From Acutalibacteraceae bacterium (GTDB lineage Bacteria > Bacillota > Clostridia > Oscillospirales > Acutalibacteraceae): 58,469 nt of DNA. Below are positions 52,494 through 58,469 of the stretch, one piece after another. The stretch is taken from NCBI GenBank assembly GCA_045600765.1, contig JAZRYM010000048.1, positions 1 to 58,469 on the forward strand, read 5' to 3'. Made by a program: the position numbers and the translations under genes. The notes below the pieces were generated by a model. That model did not search any database and had not been told where the DNA came from. It saw nothing but the letters and a program-made list of their open reading frames with translations. Every line of letters starts with the position of its first letter. Positions within the stretch are counted from its first letter, which is position 1.

Positions 52494-53350
52494 CGCGATT
52501 TTTCCTCCTTTTTGGGCTTTTTAAGCGATTGAATCACGGCAGGCAATCCCTGCCACAGAATATTGCGTAAAATACCGTCAAACCGGCGAACGTCAAGCAG
52601 TTCGTAGGCGGCTTTTGCCTCCGCCACCGTACCGGTGAGCGAGGCTTCCACAAACGCGGTCACGCCCGCTTTCCCCTCGCGTTCATACAAGGGCATAAGC
52701 GGGTTAAACCCGCCTTTTTTGCAATCTTTTTCAAGGTCGTCCGCCGCGTCGGCAAGATACACAAACCGCCCGATACAGTAGCCGAGCCGGTCAAGCACGC
52801 GGCGCGCGGTGTCATCCGTCGCCGTCGCCGCGAGCAGTTTGCCCGTCAGCGTCGCCGTCGGTTCGGCGGCCTCATCGGTGGAGACGGCGCGGGTTTCCAG
52901 TTCCTGCTGTTTTGCAAGATAGTTTTTCACCCACTCGTCCTCCGTCGGGTAGCGCGCCGCCGCCTTTTTGTGGGCGCGGGACAAGAGCGCGCGCAGGAGT
53001 TTTGCGCCAAAACGGCGAAAACCCCGTTCATCCGCCACGTTGTCACAGAGTTTGTAGTATAACAAAAGCATCGCATAATCCGCCGCCACGTCCACCGCCG
53101 CGGTTTCGCCGCAGTAGGAACATTTTTTCAGCGGGTTATACACGCACCGACCGCGGCGGAACCCCGCGCAGGAGTCGGCAAGCGCCATATTCACAAGGGC
53201 AACAAAGGTAAAGTCGTAACTCAAAGAAAAGCGGGCAATGGTACCGTACCGCTTGCCGAGCCGCTTGCACAGCGTGCAATACACGCCTTTGTATGCCTCG
53301 TATTCGCAAAGTTTCAGTTCCGGCTTGCAAATCCGGACGTATCCAAACAT
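52490..53350 (-). CDS. DUF5685-like Cys-containing protein
   Basis: [34 protein letters not shown] start, recognised as DUF5685. ATGA overlap with the J-domain gene. Confidence 0.65.
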   Translation of the reverse strand: MFGYVRICKPELKLCEYEAYKGVYCTLCKRLGKRYGTIARFSLSYDFTFVALVNMALADSCAGFRRGRCVYNPLKKCSYCGETAAVDVAADYAMLLLYYKLCDNVADERGFRRFGAKLLRALLSRAHKKAAARYPTEDEWVKNYLAKQQELETRAVSTDEAAEPTATLTGKLLAATATDDTARRVLDRLGYCIGRFVYLADAADDLEKDCKKGGFNPLMPLYEREGKAGVTAFVEASLTGTVAEAKAAYELLDVRRFDGILRNILWQGLPAVIQSLKKPKKEEKSR

Positions 53351-53422
53351 CGGTTTCTCCTTTTATCACTGTCGTTCCTTTTAGTATAGCAGAAAAACAG
53401 CGGCAGGTCTATGAAAGAATTG

Positions 53423-53689
53423 TTAATTTTCCGTCGAATTTCCGCCGTCGTCCAACACTTCGTACAACAGCGCGGCATCCTGCTTTTGCACCGTTTCTTT
53501 CACGGAGAGCACTTTGGCTTTGACCGTGCGGGAACCGAACTGCACACACAGCACGTCCCCTTCTTTCACGTCATACGACGCACGCGCCGGTTTTCCGTTC
53601 ACCAGCACACGTCCCGCATCGCACGCCTCGTTGGCAATGGTGCGCCGTTTAATCAGGCGGGACACTTTCAAATATTTGTCTAATCGCAT
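53423..53689 (-). CDS. yabO: S4-domain RNA-binding protein (YabO/RqcP/Hsp15-like)
   Basis: 88 aa, MRLDKYLKVSRLIKRRTIA......GRV.VNGK.A(K/R), next to hup and mazG. Confidence 0.85.
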   Translation of the reverse strand: MRLDKYLKVSRLIKRRTIANEACDAGRVLVNGKPARASYDVKEGDVLCVQFGSRTVKAKVLSVKETVQKQDAALLYEVLDDGGNSTEN

Positions 53690-53708
53690 AGTTGTCTCCC
53701 ATTATACA

Positions 53709-53742
53709 AGAAAAGGCTGCCGTGGAAAACCAGCGGCAGCCT
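53709..53742 (-). terminator. Terminator downstream of hup
   Basis: Stem AGGCTGCCG (53714-53722) / CGGCAGCCT (53734-53742). The minus strand continues TTTTCTT. Confidence 0.65.
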
Positions 53743-53756
53743 CACTCTTGCAAAAC

Positions 53757-54032
53757 TTATTTCGCGACAGCGTCTTTGAAGCCTTTGCCCGCTTTGAAAG
53801 CCGGCACTTTGGACGCGGGGATTTTGATGGTCTCTTTGGTCTGCGGATTGCGACCCACGCGAGCGCCACGTTTGCGAGCCTCGAAGGTACCGAAACCGAC
53901 GAGCGCCACTTTGTCGCCTTTTTTCACGGCGCAAACGATGGAATCGAGGGTGGCGGCGAGAGCTTTCTCGGCGTCTTTCTTGGAAAGACCGGATTTCTCG
54001 GCGATAGCCGCAACGAGTTCAACTTTGTTCAT
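53757..54032 (-). CDS. hup: Histone-like DNA-binding protein HU
   Basis: ORF trimmed to MNKVELVAAIAEKSGLSKKDAEKA (ATG 54032). 91 aa, GFGTFE.R.R.AR.GRNPQT arm. Confidence 0.95.
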   Translation of the reverse strand: MNKVELVAAIAEKSGLSKKDAEKALAATLDSIVCAVKKGDKVALVGFGTFEARKRGARVGRNPQTKETIKIPASKVPAFKAGKGFKDAVAK

Positions 54033-54106
54033 GACTTTTTTCCTCCATTTTTTTGTTTTATTTCCAGCGGTAACCGCTAAAAACCATAAGAAATAAGAAA
54101 ACGGGA

Positions 54107-54913
54107 TTATTCCGCGCGCTTGACTTCGTCCCACAAGGTGTTCAGCGTGTCCAGCGAAGCGGCGGGCACGTCAATGCCCCGTTCGGCGGCGAGTTTGTCC
54201 AACGCGGAAAAGCGACGGACGAATTTTTCCACACTCTTGCCGAGCGCCATTTCCGGCTCCACATTCAAAAACCGTGCCACATTGACCACCGAGAAAAGCA
54301 CGTCGCCGAGTTCTTCCTCCTGCGCCTGCGCGTTGCCGGCGGCGATTTCCGCTTTCAGTTCGGCAATCTCGCCTTCGAGCGTATCGAGAGTATCCTCCAC
54401 TCCGTCGTAATCAAACCCGACACGGCGGGCGCGATCCTGCACCTTTTCGGCGCGCATCAGCGACGGCAGGGTTTTCGGCACGTTTTTCAGCAAATCGGAT
54501 TGGGCGCGGGTGTTCTTCGTCGCGCGCTTCATCGCATCCCAGCTTTTGAGCGCGTCTGCTTCGTTGTCGGCTTTGACATCGCCGAAAACGTGCGGATGAC
54601 GGACGAGAAGTTTCTTGCACAGTTCGTCCACCACGTCGTCAAAGGTGAAGTGGCTTACTTCCTCTTCCATCAGCGCGTGGAACACGACCTGCATCAGCAC
54701 GTCGCCCAGTTCCTCACGAAGACCGGCAACGTCGCCGTTGTCAATCGCTTCAATCGCTTCGTGGGTCTCTTCCAAAAAATTTTGACGAATGCTCTCGTGG
54801 GTTTGTACCTTGTCCCAAGGGCACCCCTCCGGCGAGCGAAGCAGGCGCATCAGCGCGAGTAAATCGTCAAGAGAATAGGTTTCTTTTTTCGGATAAGAAA
54901 GGGACATATTCAA
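54107..54913 (-). CDS. mazG: Nucleoside triphosphate pyrophosphohydrolase MazG
   Basis: CPWD..QTH.S....(L/F)EE..E, ELGD(V/L)L.Q, a second EELGDVLF repeat; 268 aa tandem MazG domains. Confidence 0.9.
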   Translation of the reverse strand: MNMSLSYPKKETYSLDDLLALMRLLRSPEGCPWDKVQTHESIRQNFLEETHEAIEAIDNGDVAGLREELGDVLMQVVFHALMEEEVSHFTFDDVVDELCKKLLVRHPHVFGDVKADNEADALKSWDAMKRATKNTRAQSDLLKNVPKTLPSLMRAEKVQDRARRVGFDYDGVEDTLDTLEGEIAELKAEIAAGNAQAQEEELGDVLFSVVNVARFLNVEPEMALGKSVEKFVRRFSALDKLAAERGIDVPAASLDTLNTLWDEVKRAE

Positions 54914-54930
54914 GCCTCACTTCAAGTAGT

Positions 54931-54959
54931 ATTTTACAATATTTTTGCCCGTTTTGCAA
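54931..54959 (-). promoter_or_regulatory. Candidate sigma-A promoter of mazG
   Basis: Minus strand TTGCAA (54959-54954), 17 nt, TAAAAT (54936-54931). The leader would be very short. Confidence 0.45.
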
Positions 54960-55028
54960 GTGTTTTCTTGTATTTTTTCTCAAAAAATGCAGATTTTAGG
55001 CAACTTTTTTGCCCATTTTGCCCATTTT

Positions 55029-56024
55029 TTAGCCTTTTCGACCTTGTGCCATCAGTTTTCCGTCGTAAAAGTCCGCCGCAAACGGCACTTCGGGCAGGGT
55101 AAATTCCTTTCCGTTCAGGTAAGAAAGCTCCCCTGCATCCGTCTTAAAATCGAATTTCAGGCGATACGCGCACAACGCTTGCTTGGTCATTCCCACCCGC
55201 TTGTTTTGCTCGTTTTTCCCGTATTTTCCGTCCCCGAGCAACGGGTGACCGAGCGATGCCAAATGCGCGCGAATTTGGTGCGTGCGACCGGTGAGCAGGT
55301 GCACCTCCAAAAGCGACACGCCGTTTTTCTCCGCAAGGACGGTGTACGCCGTTACAATCGTGCGGGCATCGGGTGTTTTTTTCGAGGTGATATACACACG
55401 GTTTTGGTCGCTGTTTTTTTCAAGATAGCCGGTCAGCGTATCCGCCTTTTTCGGCATTTTCCCGAACACCAAACATTGATAGTATTTTTCAATTTCGCGC
55501 TGTTTCAGTTTGTCGTTGAGAATACGCAGTGCCGCCGCCGTTTTCGCGGCGATGACAATACCCGCCGTGTTGCGGTCAATGCGGTTGACGAGCGCCGGTG
55601 TAAACGACTGCGCATCGTCCGGGTCAAACTCCCCTTTTTCGTACAGATACCGTTGCACGCGCGCGATAAGCGTGTCGCCGTATTCGTGTTTATCGGGGTG
55701 CACAAGCAGCCCTGCCGGCTTGTTTAAGAGCATCACGTTTTCGTCCTCATATACCACGCACAGGTCGCGACCCGCCTGCATAAACTCGTGTGCCCATTGC
55801 TTTTCGGTCGCCGTTTGCTCCAAAAACTCGTCCGGCACAAACACGCGCACCACGTCTCCCTCGCACAAGCGGGTGGAAATTTCGGCGCGTTTGCCGTTGA
55901 CTTTAATATCTTTGCACCGCACCGCTTTATATACGCGCGTCAGCGGCAATTTCGGAAACGTCTTGCATAAAAACTTGTCCAGCCGCTGTCCGGCATCGTT
56001 TTTTCCGACGGTCACGATTTTCAA
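55029..56024 (-). CDS. RluA-family pseudouridine synthase with an S4 domain (second paralogue)
   Basis: VNRIDRNTAGIVIAAK catalytic motif, GRTHQIRAHL, N-terminal S4-like RLDKFL. Confidence 0.88.
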   Translation of the reverse strand: MKIVTVGKNDAGQRLDKFLCKTFPKLPLTRVYKAVRCKDIKVNGKRAEISTRLCEGDVVRVFVPDEFLEQTATEKQWAHEFMQAGRDLCVVYEDENVMLLNKPAGLLVHPDKHEYGDTLIARVQRYLYEKGEFDPDDAQSFTPALVNRIDRNTAGIVIAAKTAAALRILNDKLKQREIEKYYQCLVFGKMPKKADTLTGYLEKNSDQNRVYITSKKTPDARTIVTAYTVLAEKNGVSLLEVHLLTGRTHQIRAHLASLGHPLLGDGKYGKNEQNKRVGMTKQALCAYRLKFDFKTDAGELSYLNGKEFTLPEVPFAADFYDGKLMAQGRKG

Positions 56025-56046
56025 GGCGTTTTCCCCCTTTTCGGTC

Positions 56047-56075
56047 TTGTTTTTGCCTACACGGTGTGATATACT
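56047..56075 (+). promoter_or_regulatory. Candidate sigma-A promoter (extended -10) of radC
   Basis: TTGTTT (56047-56052), 17 nt, TGaTATACT with -10 at 56070-56075. Confidence 0.55.
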
Positions 56076-56107
56076 GAAAGAAACCTCGCGAAAGGAGGCT
56101 TGCTTTC

Positions 56108-56809
56108 ATGGACGAGAACGTACACAAACACCATCGCCGTCGAATGCGCGACCAGTTCTTCGAGCACGGGCCGGCACGGTTCAACGACATTCAACTGTTG
56201 GAATTTTTGCTCTTTTACGCCATTCCGCGCGGCGATGTCAACCCGATAGCCCATCGACTGCTCGAACGGTTCGGGAGCGTGTCGGGTGTGCTGAAAGCAA
56301 GCCCGGAACAACTGAAATCTGTTCCCGGAATCGGCGATAGTGCCGCCGCTCTCGTGGCGCTTTGCGGGCATCTCGTGCGCAAATGCGGCGAGGAGCAAAC
56401 GCCCGCCGGCATACAACTGTCCACTCCGGAGGAGTTCGGTCAGTTCTTCTTGCCGCGGTTTTGGAACGAGCAAAACGAATTGATGATGCTGATGTCCCTA
56501 AATCACCGCCACGAGGTGCTCAACTGCTCAGTTATCACGAAAGGGTCGGTCAGCGCCACCGAAATCAACACGCGCCTCGTGTTGCAACAGACGCTCGCCG
56601 ACAACGCCACCGCGGCGGTCATCGCCCACAATCATCCGTCCGGACACGCGCTCCCCTCCCGTGCGGATATCGAGAGCACCATTGCGCTCGCCAAAATGCT
56701 GTCTGCCGTCAGCGTGAAATTGCTTGACCACATCGTTATTGCGGACAACGACTTTGTCTCTATGCGCGACACGCCGACTTTGGCACACATCTTCGCCGAC
56801 AACATCTGA
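56108..56809 (+). CDS. radC: RadC-family JAB/MPN domain protein
   Basis: HhH-like N-terminus (L.(S/A)(V/I)PGIG...A) and JAMM motif AHNHPSGHALPSRADIE. Confidence 0.9.
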   Translation: MDENVHKHHRRRMRDQFFEHGPARFNDIQLLEFLLFYAIPRGDVNPIAHRLLERFGSVSGVLKASPEQLKSVPGIGDSAAALVALCGHLVRKCGEEQTPAGIQLSTPEEFGQFFLPRFWNEQNELMMLMSLNHRHEVLNCSVITKGSVSATEINTRLVLQQTLADNATAAVIAHNHPSGHALPSRADIESTIALAKMLSAVSVKLLDHIVIADNDFVSMRDTPTLAHIFADNI

Positions 56810-56820
56810 ATAGCGGTATC

Positions 56821-56855
56821 TCCCCTGCAAACGCTTTGTTTGCAGGGGATTTTTT
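56821..56855. terminator. Bidirectional terminator between radC (+) and uvrA (-)
   Basis: Stem TCCCCTGCAAAC (56821-56832) / GTTTGCAGGGGA (56838-56849), T6. Confidence 0.85.
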
Positions 56856-58469
56856 ATTTGTCGAGAACTTTTTTGAGATATTGACCCGTGTAGGAGCGGT
56901 CGCATTCGGCGACCTGTTCCGGCGTGCCGGTAACCACCACTTCGCCGCCGCGGTCGCCGCCCTCGGGCCCGAGGTCAATCAGATAATCCGCCGATTTCAC
57001 GACGTCCAAGTTGTGCTCAATCACCACCACGGTGTTGCCCGCATCGACGAGCTTTTGCAATACCGTCAGCAGTTGCGCCACGTCGGCGGTGTGCAGTCCC
57101 GTGGTCGGCTCGTCCAAAATATAAATCGTCTTGCCGGTTGCCACGCGGGACAGTTCGGTCGCGAGTTTCACCCGCTGTGCCTCACCGCCCGAAAGGGTGG
57201 TCGCGGGTTGACCCAGTTTGACGTAGCCGAGACCCACGTCCACAAGCGTTTTCAGCTTGCGCGCGATTTTCGGAATATCCGCAAAAAACGCGGTCGCTTC
57301 CTCCGCTGTCATTTCGAGCACGTCGTAAATGCTCTTGCCTTTGTATTTCACTTCCAGCGTTTCGCGGTTATAGCGTTTGCCTTTGCACACCTCGCACGGC
57401 ACGAAAATATCCGGCAAAAAGTGCATCTCGATTTTGAGAATACCGTCGCCTTGGCACGTCTCGCACCGCCCGCCCTTGACGTTAAAGCTGAACCGACCCG
57501 CGTTAAAGCCACGGGCGCGCGCATCCGGCGTTTGGGCGTACAAATTGCGGATGTCGTTAAACACACCCGTGTAGGTTGCGGGGTTGGAACGCGGCGTGCG
57601 CCCAATGGGCGACTGGTCGATGTTAATCACCTTGTCGAGGTGTTCCATACCGGTGATACTCCCGTGCTTTCCGGGGTGGGTCAGCGTGCGGTTGAGTTTC
57701 GCCGCGAGCGCCTTATACAGCACCTCGTTTACGAGGGACGATTTGCCCGAGCCGGACACACCGGTTACGCAGTTAAACGCGCCGAGTCGAAAGGGCACGT
57801 CGATATTTTTCAGGTTGTTCTCCCCTGCTTTGTGAACGGTCAGCGTTTTGCCCGTTCCCTTGCGCCGTTGTTGCGGCACGGGAATTTGCCGTTTGCCGCT
57901 CAAATACAACCCCGTCACCGAGGAATCGCACTTGCACAGTTCTTGCGGCGTGCCCGCAAACACGACGTTGCCGCCGTGTACGCCCGCACCGGGCCCGATA
58001 TCGACGACAAAATCCGCCGCGCGAATGGTATCCTCGTCGTGCTCCACCACCACAAGGGTGTTGCCGAGGTCACGCAGGTGTTTCAGGGTGGCGAGCAACT
58101 TGTCGTTGTCCCGCTGATGCAGACCGATGCTCGGCTCGTCGAGGATATAGAGCACACCCATCAAATACGAGCCGATTTGGGTCGCCAAGCGGATGCGCTG
58201 TGCCTCACCGCCCGAAAGGGTCGCGGATGCGCGCGCAAGGGTAAGATAGTCAAGCCCCACGCCTTTGAGGAAGCCGAGCCGCTCGCGTATTTCTTTCAAA
58301 ATGCCGTCACCGATGGCGTGTTCCCGCTCGGTGAGTTGAAGACTATCGAGAAAATCCAGCGCTTCCGTCACCGAAAGGCGGGTAAATTCCATAATGTTGA
58401 GCCCGCCGACCGTCACCGCCAAAACCTCTGGTTTCAGGCGGTCGCCGTGGCAATCGGGACAAGGCCTCT
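56854..58469 (-). CDS. uvrA: Excinuclease ABC subunit A, C-terminal part (5' end lies beyond the window)
   Basis: The open frame runs to the window edge. LSGGEAQR signatures (twice), [10 protein letters not shown] Walker A, zinc module CETCQGDG...[25 protein letters not shown] Walker B. Confidence 0.95.
   Translation of the reverse strand, partial: RPCPDCHGDRLKPEVLAVTVGGLNIMEFTRLSVTEALDFLDSLQLTEREHAIGDGILKEIRERLGFLKGVGLDYLTLARASATLSGGEAQRIRLATQIGSYLMGVLYILDEPSIGLHQRDNDKLLATLKHLRDLGNTLVVVEHDEDTIRAADFVVDIGPGAGVHGGNVVFAGTPQELCKCDSSVTGLYLSGKRQIPVPQQRRKGTGKTLTVHKAGENNLKNIDVPFRLGAFNCVTGVSGSGKSSLVNEVLYKALAAKLNRTLTHPGKHGSITGMEHLDKVINIDQSPIGRTPRSNPATYTGVFNDIRNLYAQTPDARARGFNAGRFSFNVKGGRCETCQGDGILKIEMHFLPDIFVPCEVCKGKRYNRETLEVKYKGKSIYDVLEMTAEEATAFFADIPKIARKLKTLVDVGLGYVKLGQPATTLSGGEAQRVKLATELSRVATGKTIYILDEPTTGLHTADVAQLLTVLQKLVDAGNTVVVIEHNLDVVKSADYLIDLGPEGGDRGGEVVVTGTPEQVAECDRSYTGQYLKKVLDK

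Noticed and set aside
54941-55028. TTTTGCCC(G/A) motifs: 54943-54951, and a tandem 9-mer TTTTGCCCA x2 at 55007-55024, downstream of the RluA-family gene
   Set aside because: Very short and A/T-rich, with no hairpin, no similarity to the REP family and only three copies. This is most simply chance or slippage in an intergenic T-rich stretch.
1-58469. Search for mobile genetic elements, prophage, toxin-antitoxin or recognisable defence systems, tRNA/rRNA and CRISPR
   Set aside because: No transposase, integrase, recombinase, phage structural, restriction-modification, Cas, abortive-infection or TA-like ORFs were recognised in any frame. The intergenic gaps are too short or too repeat-filled for tRNA or rRNA genes.

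Overview
High-GC chromosomal segment (hand counts of sample lines give about 58-60% GC in the core genes). It looks like a spore-forming Clostridia genome of the Oscillospiraceae/Ruminococcaceae type. It is densely packed and transcribed mostly from the minus strand. I support 53 protein genes, and found no rRNA, tRNA, CRISPR array, transposase, integrase or phage gene.

Core content: feoAB; a translationally coupled recD2-comFC-mreB chain; trkA; and the Firmicutes 'ylo' block yicC-remA-gmk-rpoZ-priA-def-fmt-rsmB-rlmN-prpC-prkC-rsgA. That block is collinear with B. subtilis, except that coaBC is absent between rpoZ and priA, and trkA rather than rpe follows rsgA. Also present: an RluD-type pseudouridine synthase, bioY, ampS-pyrR, a PPi-type phosphofructokinase, cmk-plsC-ispH::rpsA fusion-yunB, mazG-hup-yabO, a second RluA-family synthase, radC, and the 3' part of uvrA, cut by the window end.

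Accessory content: an acyltransferase_3 gene; a zinc-ribbon/TPM membrane operon; a three-repeat lipoprotein; a GIY-YIG gene; three dockerin-bearing secreted proteins, one about 1,200 aa; a SipL-like DUF3794/LysM protein; a lower-GC DUF6273 gene; an EamA transporter; and an orphan substrate-binding protein.

Most interesting observations:
1. A dispersed intergenic repeat family with REP architecture (GTAG head, GC hairpin, conserved tail). It includes a seven-unit BIME-like cluster at 61-560 and further copies at about 3.2, 31.6 and 40.8 kb.
2. A clean three-gene operon, DUF1015 plus the beta and gamma-like subunits of a Na+-translocating decarboxylase, with no carboxyltransferase or biotin-carrier partner in the window.
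3. A translationally coupled pair: DUF5685 and a J-domain protein with an extremely Cys-rich tail.

All functional calls come from motif recognition in the supplied translations. No database search was run.
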